64,000 nt of DNA from an uncultured Verrucomicrobiota bacterium (GCA_964342405.1 CAYFGX010000033.1:3152-67151), one strand, 5' to 3'. Positions 27,149 to 37,844 are shown, numbered from the stretch's first letter. Notes: generated from the sequence alone by a model not told the origin. Program-made: numbers and translations.

Positions 27149-28506
27149 GACCTCTCAGCATCATCGCCACGATCAGCATCACTATCGCCACGCTTGTAGA
27201 GGCGGCAAAGCCTGACTGTCCCAGCGAGTACCAGAGGTATTTTAGACACTTCTCAGACGCCCGATCACTACCTGACCGCCTGTACCATGCACTCGGATTC
27301 GAGCGAGACCGGATCGGTCGCAGCCACGCACTCATTGCGGGTGTTTCAAATTACCCAGAGATCCCAGAACAGCTCCCACCGGCGCGCGCTGATATTGAAA
27401 AGATCGAAACCTGGCTCAGGAATTCAGGTCACTTTGATGAAATAGTCGTTCTTCACAACAATTCCTTCAACGTCGCTAACCTAAATTATTTCCTGAGAGA
27501 GTATTTTCCTCAACGACTTCAGACCTTTCCAAAATCACGTTTCCTTTTTGCCTTCTCCGGTCACGGCATTCAACAAGGCCGCTCTTCTTACCTTTTGACT
27601 CCCAAATCCCGCACCTTCAAAGACACGGCAAGAGCGATTGATATGAGGGAATTGAGGGTAAAACTGGATAAGACCCTCGAAGCCGCTTACCAATCACTCG
27701 TCCTAATCAATTCTTGTTACAGCGGGGCCTTCGTGACAGACCGGTCATTCGGTGAAAGATCCTACATCCCACAAGGCCCAGGCGCCCATGCGATCACAGC
27801 TGGACGAGCCAATGAGAGAGTTTTTGCTGATTCCAACTTCGGGACAGGGAGCTACTTTTTCGAGACAATTCTGAGCGGTTTGCAAGGCAGAGCGGATCTC
27901 CTTCCGCGTCACCCCGAGGGAGCGAGCGGGAACGGAGTCATTTCGATCACTGAATTATTTACGTATTTAGATGAGGTGATCGGAAACCGATACGGAACGC
28001 AAGTAAACCCCATCTTCGCCGATCTTGATCCTCGGGGCAGTCAGGGCGGTTTCTTCTTTTTCACACCCGATGCAGAACCGAAGAGAATTGAGCAATCACG
28101 AACCCTGAAAACAGGAGTTCCATTCGGCACGAGTAATCGTTTCGAAAGCATTTCGAGCAACCGGGTTCGCGACCGCGAGCTGGAGTGCGACTGGGTCCTT
28201 TACCCCAACGGGAATTATCTCAGCTGGAACGAGGCGCTCGATTGGTGCCAAGAGAGTGAACTCGTTCTCCCAAGCCCCGAAGAGTTGCTGGAGCTTACTG
28301 ATTCAGGACCAGAGTCGAATCATAGCATTTCGCAGCTCCTGTCTCTTTTCAAAACCCCTCGTACCCCGGAAGTGTTTTGGACCTCAACGAGAAAAGGGTT
28401 TTACCGCGAAGCACTTCGTCTTGTCCCAGGGCCACCCAAGCTGCAGCGAAGAAACCCAGCTGACAAATGCGGCGTCCTCGCTCGTTCAGCATTGGACCAA
28501 CCGTAG
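27145..28506 (+). CDS. Caspase-like (peptidase C14) protease with signal peptide and C-terminal DUF1566/Lcl-like domain
   Basis: HALIAGVSNY, FAFSGHG (His), LINSCYSG (Cys), ITAGRANE, SYFFETILSGLQGRAD, GVISITELFTYL; C-terminal SWNEALDWC..LPSPEELLEL..FWTST. TTG 27145 (TTGA overlap, GAGAGG upstream) gives MRPLSIIATISITIATLVEA. Confidence 0.87.
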   Translation: MRPLSIIATISITIATLVEAAKPDCPSEYQRYFRHFSDARSLPDRLYHALGFERDRIGRSHALIAGVSNYPEIPEQLPPARADIEKIETWLRNSGHFDEIVVLHNNSFNVANLNYFLREYFPQRLQTFPKSRFLFAFSGHGIQQGRSSYLLTPKSRTFKDTARAIDMRELRVKLDKTLEAAYQSLVLINSCYSGAFVTDRSFGERSYIPQGPGAHAITAGRANERVFADSNFGTGSYFFETILSGLQGRADLLPRHPEGASGNGVISITELFTYLDEVIGNRYGTQVNPIFADLDPRGSQGGFFFFTPDAEPKRIEQSRTLKTGVPFGTSNRFESISSNRVRDRELECDWVLYPNGNYLSWNEALDWCQESELVLPSPEELLELTDSGPESNHSISQLLSLFKTPRTPEVFWTSTRKGFYREALRLVPGPPKLQRRNPADKCGVLARSALDQP

Positions 28507-28599
28507 AGCGAGGAATTCTCAAACCTTGCTATCGAGCCAAAAGCTTGGACCTAGACATTTTTCATTCGCCCAAGCCGGTTGATGAGCCTACTCTAGGGA

Positions 28600-30138
28600 A
28601 TGCCCCAATCGTCCGAATCAGGAACTTGTGAAGCACCCACGCGTCTTGCGGGAATTATGCGATCCATCGGGCCCGGCTTCATTCTCGCGGGAGCTCTCGT
28701 AGGGTCAGGGGAACTCATCGCCACGACAGCAACAGGCGCGGAATCAGGATTCTCTCTGCTTTGGCTCATCATTCTCGGGTGTGTGATTAAGGTTTTCGTG
28801 CAGGTCGAAATCGGACGCCACACAATTACTCACAGCGAGTCAGCTCTTGAAGCACTGAACAGTGTCCCAGGACCCCGTCTCGATTTCCCAATCAAGCGGA
28901 ACGACACACGAGTCGGGGTGAACTGGATCGTCGCTTGTTGGCTGCTGATGTTTATGGCCACCATATTCCTCTTTGGCGGAATTATCGGAGGGATTGGACA
29001 ATCGCTGGCGATGACCCTCCCGCTCACCGAGGAAGGAAAGGCCTACAATGCTTACCAAGACAAATCGACTCAGCTTACCATTGCTAGAACGGAGCTAGCC
29101 TCCAATCCGGACTTGTCACAACGCGTTGCGGAACTTGAATCCGAACTCGCCGAGATTTCTCTCCCTGCACAGCCGCTCGACGATCGCTATTGGGCAAGTA
29201 TCGTCACGATGCTGACGGTGTGCATCCTCTTGCTGGGGCGCTACCGACATATCGAAAAGCTAGCACTAGCCCTGGTCGGTTTCTTCACTCTCATCACGAT
29301 CTACAATCTGTTCCGACTCCAAAGTTACGAGGCCTGGGCAATCGGGTCCCATGAACTGATGGACGGATTGAGTTTCTCGCTTCCGAGAGGCATCGAAGGT
29401 CACAACCCGATGGCTACCGCACTCGCAACCTTTGGAATCATCGGGGTTGGCGCCTCAGATCTTGTGGCCTACCCATATTGGTGTCTTGAGAAAGGCTACG
29501 CGCGATGGACGGGGAAAAATGATGGATCAGCTTCCTGGCTACGACGGGCGAAAGGTTGGCTTCGAGTGCTTCAATGGGATGCCTGGTCTGCCTGCCTCCT
29601 CTACACATTCACAACGGTCGCTTTCTATCTGCTCGGGGCGGCCGTTCTCGGTCGAACAGGGCTGATCCCAGAAGGTCCAGACATGATTCGCACGCTTGCC
29701 ACCATGTATGCTCCTGTCTTCGGGGACTTCGCGCAGCTCCTTTTCTTGTTCGGTGCGATTGCAGTTCTCTACTCTACATTCTTTATCGGTAATGCGGGCC
29801 ATTGCAGGCTGGCTACCGATGCACTGTGCGTCCTCCGTCTTTACGACGATAAGACGATGAATCGTGATTTATGGATGAAACGATTCGCGATCGTTCTTCC
29901 CATCCTGTGTGTGGCAACCTATTACACCGTCGGCAGCCCAGTCGCTCTCGTGCTCATAGGAGGCATTGCTCAAGCCCTCTTGCTACCAATGGTCGCCTTT
30001 GCAGCCCTGTTTTTCCGCTATCGAAAATGCCATCCAGAATTGAGACCGGACCGTCTCTGGGACTTTTTCTTAGGCACGTCCTTTTTGGCGTTTACCGTGA
30101 TCGGCCTTTACTTGATTTACGTGAACGTAAGCAAATAG
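28600..30138 (+). CDS. Nramp-family (YcsG-like) divalent metal/solute transporter
   Basis: IGPGFILAGALVGSGELIAT, GFSLLWLIILGCVIKVFVQVEIGRH, FGIIGVGA, YPYWCLEKGY; about 11 TM. Confidence 0.85.
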   Translation: MPQSSESGTCEAPTRLAGIMRSIGPGFILAGALVGSGELIATTATGAESGFSLLWLIILGCVIKVFVQVEIGRHTITHSESALEALNSVPGPRLDFPIKRNDTRVGVNWIVACWLLMFMATIFLFGGIIGGIGQSLAMTLPLTEEGKAYNAYQDKSTQLTIARTELASNPDLSQRVAELESELAEISLPAQPLDDRYWASIVTMLTVCILLLGRYRHIEKLALALVGFFTLITIYNLFRLQSYEAWAIGSHELMDGLSFSLPRGIEGHNPMATALATFGIIGVGASDLVAYPYWCLEKGYARWTGKNDGSASWLRRAKGWLRVLQWDAWSACLLYTFTTVAFYLLGAAVLGRTGLIPEGPDMIRTLATMYAPVFGDFAQLLFLFGAIAVLYSTFFIGNAGHCRLATDALCVLRLYDDKTMNRDLWMKRFAIVLPILCVATYYTVGSPVALVLIGGIAQALLLPMVAFAALFFRYRKCHPELRPDRLWDFFLGTSFLAFTVIGLYLIYVNVSK

Positions 30139-30197
30139 AGACACCCATTTTGACTTTGCATTCGCCACCCACACGGCCTTTGTCATAAAGTCCATTA

Positions 30198-31037
<840 letters not shown>

Positions 31038-31081
31038 TCGCCAAGAAACAAGCAACCGACTACCGAGCAATCATTCTTCAC

Positions 31082-32542
31082 ATGGACAAGAACGAACAAC
31101 ACGGAAGCGTCGTTTACGAGTCAGTCGATGCGGAATACTTCGAGAAACGCAAGCTCAGGAAATTCGCGCGCGTCTTCCACCTTTGGGCCCTCGGTGTCGG
31201 GGCGGTGATCTCCGGGGATTTTTTCGGCTGGAATTTTGGCTTGGCGTCAGGTGGTTTTGGCGGACTCTTTATTGCCACGGTCGTCATTACGCTGATGTAC
31301 GCGGGGCTTTGCTTCAGCATCGCGGAGATGACGGCTGCTCTCCCTCACACAGGAGGAGCCTATTCGTTTGCCCGATCATCCATGGGGCCATGGGGCGGCT
31401 ACATCACGGGGCTCGCAGAGAACATGGAATACATACTCACTCCAGCGGTGATCGTCGTCGGCATCGGTGGCTACTTGGGCGCCATTTTTGGAACGCCGGA
31501 CAGCTGGGCTCCCTTTTGGTGGCTCGTCGCCTATGGCCTTTTCATCGGCCTGAACATTGTAGGAGTCGAGATTTCGTTTCGCTTTTCAGTCGCGATTACA
31601 TTTCTGGCACTGATTATCTTGATCGTATTCTATCTTGGCGCCATCCCACACTTTGATTTCCGAGCTCATGCTCTCGATATCCCTCCCGCCGAGGGTGGAA
31701 CGACGTGGTTGCCCTTTGGATGGAAAGGTGTTCTTGCCGCACTCCCCTTTGCTATTTGGTTTTACCTTGCCATCGAGCAGCTTCCACTGGCCGCCGAGGA
31801 ATCTCATTCACCCCAAAAAGATCTACCAAAAGGTATCCTCTATGGGCTTCTCACCCTGATCGCCTGCGCCTTCCTCACCCTGTTCCTCAACGCCGGGATT
31901 GCTCCCGGGGCGGCTGCACTAAGCACATCGGATGAGCCCCTTTTCGACGGTTTCAAGACTATCTTCGGAGCAGGATTAGGGGCGAAAGTCCTTGCTCTGA
32001 TCGCAGTCGCAGGGCTCATTGCCAGCTTCCATACGATCATCTACGCCTATGGTCGGCAAATCTATTCGCTGTCCCGAGCCGGCTACTTTCCACGCTTTCT
32101 TTCAACCACTCACGGAACACGCCAAACACCTCACGTCGCCTTGATTGCCGGTGGCGGCTTGGGCTTTGTGGTCGCCTTAGTGATTCACTATTCCGGAAGC
32201 GACAGCCCCGTCGGAGCAGCCCTCTTGAACATGGCTGTTTTCGGGGCGGTTATCGCCTACATGCTCCAGATGCTCTCGTTCATCCTGCTCCGCATCCAGC
32301 TCCCAAACGTACCGCGCCCTTATCGTAGTCCGCTTGGGCTGGGAGGCGCCATCTTCGCCCTCCTCGTATCGGGACTCACATTGGTCGCCCTTTTCGTGAT
32401 CGATCCCGTTTACCGCAAAGTCGTGGTAGGTGCGGCGATCTGGTTTGCGCTCGGATTGGTCTACTTTGCCGCTTACGGGCGAAAGCGCCTCGTCATGGCT
32501 CCGGAGGAAGCCTTCGCCATCAAGGCGAAGGAGCAATTGTGA
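31082..32542 (+). CDS. APC-family amino acid permease, ethanolamine permease (Eat)-like
   Basis: YFEKRKL, LWALGVGAVISGDFFGWNFG, AEMTAALPHTGGAYSFAR, WFYLAIEQLPLAAEE, RPYRSP. Start trimmed to ATG 31082. Confidence 0.9.
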   Translation: MDKNEQHGSVVYESVDAEYFEKRKLRKFARVFHLWALGVGAVISGDFFGWNFGLASGGFGGLFIATVVITLMYAGLCFSIAEMTAALPHTGGAYSFARSSMGPWGGYITGLAENMEYILTPAVIVVGIGGYLGAIFGTPDSWAPFWWLVAYGLFIGLNIVGVEISFRFSVAITFLALIILIVFYLGAIPHFDFRAHALDIPPAEGGTTWLPFGWKGVLAALPFAIWFYLAIEQLPLAAEESHSPQKDLPKGILYGLLTLIACAFLTLFLNAGIAPGAAALSTSDEPLFDGFKTIFGAGLGAKVLALIAVAGLIASFHTIIYAYGRQIYSLSRAGYFPRFLSTTHGTRQTPHVALIAGGGLGFVVALVIHYSGSDSPVGAALLNMAVFGAVIAYMLQMLSFILLRIQLPNVPRPYRSPLGLGGAIFALLVSGLTLVALFVIDPVYRKVVVGAAIWFALGLVYFAAYGRKRLVMAPEEAFAIKAKEQL

Positions 32543-32572
32543 TGATTGGGGATACCCCGCCCGGCTCTCCGG

Positions 32573-32776
32573 CTATTCGCTCCAATACCATACGGCAACG
32601 ACGCCTCGACTGTGAGAGTCGCTGTGCGAAATAGAAATCAGGCGCTCCGGTCCAAGCATGGTCGCGAATTCGGCCGCCTCAGCGAAGAGCGCATCCCAAC
32701 TTTTCAACGTCACGTTAATGCGAGCTCGACTTTCCTTCGCGTGTTTTCGGCAAGACTCGACTGAGAACGTATTCAT
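32573..32776 (-). CDS. Small hypothetical protein (SWxxLFxEAAxFA...ERLISISHS...GVVAVWYW)
   Basis: The C-terminal 45 aa look like a real conserved small PVC protein. Start uncertain (32713 GTG, 32776 ATG or 32824). Confidence 0.6.
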   Translation of the reverse strand: MNTFSVESCRKHAKESRARINVTLKSWDALFAEAAEFATMLGPERLISISHSDSHSRGVVAVWYWSE

Positions 32777-33218
32777 CCATAACGTCTTCCCAAGTCCCTG
32801 CAACTGCTTTCTCTGGAGCCTCATCCCGGCTGTCTATCACGCCTAAGTACAATTGTTCATTCTCGATTTTAAACAGCGTGATGATGGCCTTGCCGATATG
32901 CGCCTTTTCCGGAGAACTATCCCGGATTGTCGCATGCAGTTGTTGGTAGTCGGCGGGAGTTGGCACCGTAAACGTTGTCTCGAACCAAAACTCCTCGATT
33001 GAATCACCATCCGGAGGCTGAACATACTTCAGCACCTTGCCCTTGATCTCGACCGTACAATCCCCGCCAGGCCCTTTCCCTTTCCAAAATCCTTGAAGAA
33101 GCACCGGTTCAATAGGTGTCGGCTTAAGCAGCAAGAGACTCTGCCCGACCAGAAGACCTGGATAGGCGAAGAGACTCACGGCAAGTATCAAAACCCTCCA
33201 TAGATTGAACTGAGGCAT
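32715..33218 (-). CDS. Secreted hypothetical protein, TIGR03067-like small beta-barrel
   Basis: Signal peptide; LQGFWKG, IKGKVL, LFKIENEQLYL pattern. Confidence 0.65.
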   Translation of the reverse strand: MPQFNLWRVLILAVSLFAYPGLLVGQSLLLLKPTPIEPVLLQGFWKGKGPGGDCTVEIKGKVLKYVQPPDGDSIEEFWFETTFTVPTPADYQQLHATIRDSSPEKAHIGKAIITLFKIENEQLYLGVIDSRDEAPEKAVAGTWEDVMDEYVLSRVLPKTREGKSSSH

Positions 33219-33351
33219 ATACTCGGAAATCTAGGTCAGCAAAAGTAGATCACAAGTGCAAAGAGCGAAAACAGCGTCTTCAGAACGCGATCATCCCCCG
33301 TCTTTGAGCTTTCTCCGAACGAAACACTCAGATACGATTCTGTTTGTTGCG

Positions 33352-36300
33352 ATGAGTAGCCAACAGCGAAGAAGACCAAACGAAAAGCCATCGCTTGCAA
33401 GAGTCCTCACGCAGGCTTTCTACACCCTCTTCTTTTCAGTGTACGCCGTTCAGCTCACTGCCTCAGAAGCTGACACACTGAAATCGGTCTTCCGCGCCAA
33501 AGTGAAGCCATTCGTAAACGAGTTCTGCATTGATTGTCACGGCGATGTACGGCCCAAGGCAAAGTTCAGCCTCACACCTTTCCAGACAATCGACTCCGTG
33601 GTCGATGGGCATCAGTACTGGGATCTCGTCCTTGAGAAACTCGTGGAAAGGGAAATGCCGCCGGAGGACGCCGACCATCTCCCGAAGACTGATCAGGTCG
33701 ATGAGATCATCCGTTGGTATCGCGAACTCCAGAAAGCCGAAGCTCAACGCAATGACGGCGACCCCGGTCCCGTGCTCGCCCGCCGACTGAGCAATGCTGA
33801 ATATAACTACTCCATTGAAGACCTCACGGGGGTCGCCATCCAACCGACGAAAGATTTTCCAATCGACTCGGCCAACCAGGAGGGTTTTGACAACTCAGGT
33901 GAATCGCTAAACCTCAGCCCTGGTCTCCTTAACAAATACCTTCAGGCGGCCCGCAAGGTCACCGAGCATCTGGTGCTCACGCCATCCGGCCTCACATGGA
34001 GCTCCCACCCGACGGTGACAGAAACAGATCGAGACAAATACGCGGTGCTTCGGATCGTCGACTTTTATCAACGGCAGCCGACCCACTTGGCGGACTATTT
34101 CCTTGCGGCCTGGGAACAAGCTCGTTCAAAGATGCGACAAGATCTCTCCGTCATCGCGGACCAAGAAGAAGTCAGCCCCAAATACCTCAAGGCGATCTGG
34201 GACCTTCTTCACGGACCGACCGAAGCAGTTGGCCCAATTCTCGAAGTCGTCTCACAATGGCGTCAGATTCCTTCCACCTGTTCACGAGCTGAAGCCAGAT
34301 CACGATGTGACGAAATTGAACGCTTCATTCGAACCGTTCGACGCCAAATCGAGCCGAAGGTTCGCAATCTTGAGGGCGGCACCGTCCATCGAGGATCACA
34401 GTCCTATGTATTATGGAAGAATCGGCAATATGAGTTGAATCGCCGCAGCTATGATCCGACAGCCTTGATGACTCCATCCGAACTGAAGGCCAGGAAGGCG
34501 GCCGCCGAACGGGCGATTGAGGAGGCAAAGAAAGACCAGAAGTCGCGCTCCAAGCCAAGCCCCTTCCGCGCCCCCCACCCCGCGCTGATCCTCCCGGAAG
34601 ATACAGCACAACACGAGGCCTACCATCGTGCCTTCAAGCGATTTGCCAACATTTTTCCAGATGCCTTCTATCTCTCCGAGCGCGGACGTGACTACGTCGG
34701 CAAAGAGCGTGAGAAGCAGGAAAAAGGCAGACTACTGAGTGCCGGCTTTCACAGCATGATGGGGTACTATCGTGACGACCAACCACTTTATGATTTGATC
34801 TTGAATGACGCTGAACGTAGTGAGATCGATCGACTTTGGGACGAGCTCGACTTCATTACCCAAGCGCCCAAGAGGCAGTTCATCGGCTTTCTTTGGTTTG
34901 AGCGGACCGATTCACGTTACATGACGGATCCCGTATTCGACTTTGCTCGAGCGGAACATGAAGACGCCACGGAAGAGACCAAGATCAAACGATTGGCCAC
35001 GGTTTACCTCAACAAGGCGGATGAAAAAGGAGCTCCGACACAAGCTCTCCAGGCAATCGAACGTTATTTCGAAGGAATCAACGGGCGCATTCGCTGGCTT
35101 GAAGAAGCGGAATCACAGGCAGAACATGGACACCTGACAGGGCTCCTTCGGTTTGCAGAGCGCGCTTTCCGTCGCCCTCTGCACCTCTCCGAGCAGAATG
35201 ACCTGCTCAACTTCTACCAAGGCCTTCGATTCAAGGACGAGCTATCCCACCAAGAGGCCCTCCGAGAGACGGTGGCCAGCCTTCTTGTATCTCCGCATTT
35301 TTTCTACCGAGTGCATTCATCGCGCCCCGGGAAGCATCCCGAACGGGCGCCCCTCACAGACTTCGCCTTGGCAAGCCGCCTGAGCTACTTCCTATGGTCA
35401 AGCATTCCAGACGAGCCACTCCTGAAGGCCGCACAGGCCGGAGAGCTGCGAGAGTCCGACGGCTTGAATCAGCAAGTTCGACGAATGATTGCAGATCCGC
35501 GAGTCCGGCGTTTGGCAATAGAGTTCGGAGCAAATTGGCTCGATTTTAGACGCTTTGAATCCCACAACGCGGTCGACCGCAATCGCTTCCCAGAATTCGA
35601 CAACCAACTTCGACAGTCGATGTTTGAGGAACCTATCCAGTTTCTGGTCGACGTGATGCAACACAATCGCTCGCTGAGTGCACTCCTCTACGGGGAACAT
35701 ACCTTTGCGAACCCAAGCCTGGCTGAGCACTACGGATTTCCAAACACAAACACCGACGAGCGGAAGTGGATTCGCTTTGATCGCGCCGTGGAGTTTGGCC
35801 GTGGCGGTATTCTCCCAATGGCAGCCTTTCTCACCATCAACGCTCCCGGGCTTCGAACCAGCCCTGTCAAACGAGGCTACTGGGTCGCCCGCCGGGTCCT
35901 CGGTGAAACCATCCCTCCACCGCCACCGGATGTCCCCGAAATCCCTTCTGACGAATCCGCTCTGGGCAATCTAACCCTCCCGCAAATCTTGGCCAAACAT
36001 CGGGAGCATCCCAATTGTGCGGCGTGCCATGATCGTTTCGATTCGCTGGGCCTGGTCTTTGAAGGGTTTGGTCCCGTTGGAGAACGGCGCACACACGACT
36101 TAGGCAATCGACCTGTATCGACGACGGCAGTGTTTCCAAACGGGCAGTCCGGCAAGGGCCTCGCTGGACTCAAGCACTACATTCGGAACGAACGAGAAGT
36201 CGATTTTTACCGCAACCTCTGTCGCAAGCTTCTCGCCTATGCCCTTGGGCGCAGTCTCCAGATGTCGGACGGCCCACTCGTTGAACGAATGCTGGCCAAA

Positions 36301-36384
36301 CTCGCTCTCTCGGACTATCGTTTCAGCGTTCTCATAGAGAGCATCGTGAGCAGCGATCAGTTCCTTATGATGCGAAAACCGTAG
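33352..36384 (+). CDS. DUF1592-family protein (Planctomycete cytochrome c + DUF1587/1595/1592/1588/1585)
   Basis: FCIDCH, MPP, RRLSNAEYNYSIEDL, GFDN, RAFRRP, LASRLSYFLWSSIPD, TSPVKRGYWV, HREHPNCAACH. Confidence 0.92.
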   Translation: MSSQQRRRPNEKPSLARVLTQAFYTLFFSVYAVQLTASEADTLKSVFRAKVKPFVNEFCIDCHGDVRPKAKFSLTPFQTIDSVVDGHQYWDLVLEKLVEREMPPEDADHLPKTDQVDEIIRWYRELQKAEAQRNDGDPGPVLARRLSNAEYNYSIEDLTGVAIQPTKDFPIDSANQEGFDNSGESLNLSPGLLNKYLQAARKVTEHLVLTPSGLTWSSHPTVTETDRDKYAVLRIVDFYQRQPTHLADYFLAAWEQARSKMRQDLSVIADQEEVSPKYLKAIWDLLHGPTEAVGPILEVVSQWRQIPSTCSRAEARSRCDEIERFIRTVRRQIEPKVRNLEGGTVHRGSQSYVLWKNRQYELNRRSYDPTALMTPSELKARKAAAERAIEEAKKDQKSRSKPSPFRAPHPALILPEDTAQHEAYHRAFKRFANIFPDAFYLSERGRDYVGKEREKQEKGRLLSAGFHSMMGYYRDDQPLYDLILNDAERSEIDRLWDELDFITQAPKRQFIGFLWFERTDSRYMTDPVFDFARAEHEDATEETKIKRLATVYLNKADEKGAPTQALQAIERYFEGINGRIRWLEEAESQAEHGHLTGLLRFAERAFRRPLHLSEQNDLLNFYQGLRFKDELSHQEALRETVASLLVSPHFFYRVHSSRPGKHPERAPLTDFALASRLSYFLWSSIPDEPLLKAAQAGELRESDGLNQQVRRMIADPRVRRLAIEFGANWLDFRRFESHNAVDRNRFPEFDNQLRQSMFEEPIQFLVDVMQHNRSLSALLYGEHTFANPSLAEHYGFPNTNTDERKWIRFDRAVEFGRGGILPMAAFLTINAPGLRTSPVKRGYWVARRVLGETIPPPPPDVPEIPSDESALGNLTLPQILAKHREHPNCAACHDRFDSLGLVFEGFGPVGERRTHDLGNRPVSTTAVFPNGQSGKGLAGLKHYIRNEREVDFYRNLCRKLLAYALGRSLQMSDGPLVERMLAKLALSDYRFSVLIESIVSSDQFLMMRKP

Positions 36385-36403
36385 TCGAAATTGTCATCAA
36401 GCC

Positions 36404-37762
36404 ATGATACGCGACCTCAACGAAAACTCGATCGAAGCCAATCGCTACCGCCTATCACGCCGCACCTTCCTTCGAGGCAGTGGCGTCGCCATGGCCCTCC
36501 CTTGGCTTGAATCCCTGCCGGTTTGGGGCGACTCTAAGCTCGACGCACTGGCTTCAAATGAGTTCCCCAAGCGCTTTGCCGCGCTGTTCATGGCTTGTGG
36601 CGTCAATGCGGATCATTGGTGGGCCAAAGGCAACGGGAACGAGATGGAGTTGGGAAAAAGTCTCCAACCGCTCGCTCCACTGAGACACAAACTGAACTTC
36701 ATCACCGGCCTCTTCAACCAATCGGCTGTCGGCGTCGGAATTCACCCTGGACAGACTGGAAATATTCTCTCGGGCGCGGACCTCCAAAAGGGAGCGGTTC
36801 TGAAAGGTGGAATCAGCGTGGACCAGATGATGGCCAACGAAATCGGCCATCTAACGATGCAACCTAGCTTGGTTCTTGGATGCGAGCAACCCACGACCGG
36901 GTATCATGAAACCAACTTCTCGATGGCCTATAGCTCGCATATTTCCTGGCAGAGCACGACGTCGCCGGTCCCCCTTGAGGTCTATCCTTCACTGGCTTTC
37001 GACAGCCTGTTCGAGAACCGCGGCAATCTACGCAATCAGAGCATCCTGGATCGTGTCCGATCGCAAGCCAAAGATCTCTCCCAGAAGGTCAGCGCGAATG
37101 ATCGAGCCAAGCTGGATGAGTACCTCACGAGCGTCCGCGAGGTTGAGAAACAAATTGAGCGATTACGGGCCAACAAATCCAAGGCGGAGGCCGGCGCCCT
37201 CAAGCAACAAAAGTCGCTGATTCAAATGGAGCGCCCCGAGAACGGTCTCCCGGAAGACATTCGCGATCACATGCGACTCATGTGCGACATCGTCGCATTG
37301 GCTTTCCAAACCGACAAGACGCGCCTTGCAACCCTGCTCCTCTGCCGCGATATATCGGGACTGTTCTACCCTTTCCTCGATGTTCGCCGATCTCATCACT
37401 CCGCGTCTCACCGAGATCTCAGCGATTCTTACGAGCAAATCACCCGCTACTACTGCAGCCAAGTTGCCTACCTAGCAAGCAAGCTGGACCAAATGCCAGA
37501 GGGAAGCGGATCCGTGCTCGACAATACTTGCCTCCTCTTCCTCTCGAACATGTGGTCTGGAAGTAAACACGACAGCACGAAGCTTCCGGTTCTTCAGCTT
37601 GGCTCGCTTGGAGGGACCATTGAAACGGGCCGAGTGGTCGACTACTTGGATGCAGGCGATGAGAACCGCAAGCTCTGCAGCCTGTATCTTTCTATCATGG
37701 ATCGCATGGGAGTGTCTTTGGAGCACTTCGGAGACGCCGATACCCGCCTAGCGAGAATCTAG
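36404..37762 (+). CDS. DUF1552-family protein (Tat-exported)
   Basis: SRRTFLRGSGVAMALPWLESL, ISVDQMMA, HISW, PLEVYP..AFD.LF, LDEYLTSVREVE, LAFQTDKTR, HHSASH, VLDNT. Confidence 0.93.
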   Translation: MIRDLNENSIEANRYRLSRRTFLRGSGVAMALPWLESLPVWGDSKLDALASNEFPKRFAALFMACGVNADHWWAKGNGNEMELGKSLQPLAPLRHKLNFITGLFNQSAVGVGIHPGQTGNILSGADLQKGAVLKGGISVDQMMANEIGHLTMQPSLVLGCEQPTTGYHETNFSMAYSSHISWQSTTSPVPLEVYPSLAFDSLFENRGNLRNQSILDRVRSQAKDLSQKVSANDRAKLDEYLTSVREVEKQIERLRANKSKAEAGALKQQKSLIQMERPENGLPEDIRDHMRLMCDIVALAFQTDKTRLATLLLCRDISGLFYPFLDVRRSHHSASHRDLSDSYEQITRYYCSQVAYLASKLDQMPEGSGSVLDNTCLLFLSNMWSGSKHDSTKLPVLQLGSLGGTIETGRVVDYLDAGDENRKLCSLYLSIMDRMGVSLEHFGDADTRLARI

Positions 37763-37844
37763 TCCAGGCATCTCAGGATACCCGTAGAAACTCAATATCC
37801 CCTCGGCTCAAATCTCTGGACCTTGTCCTGACCAACCCTGAGAT

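Noticed and set aside
25829-29852. 14-mer CTTTACGACGATAA present at 25829-25842 and 29839-29852
   Set aside because: A few exact 14-mer matches are expected by chance in 64 kb, and the second copy is coding.
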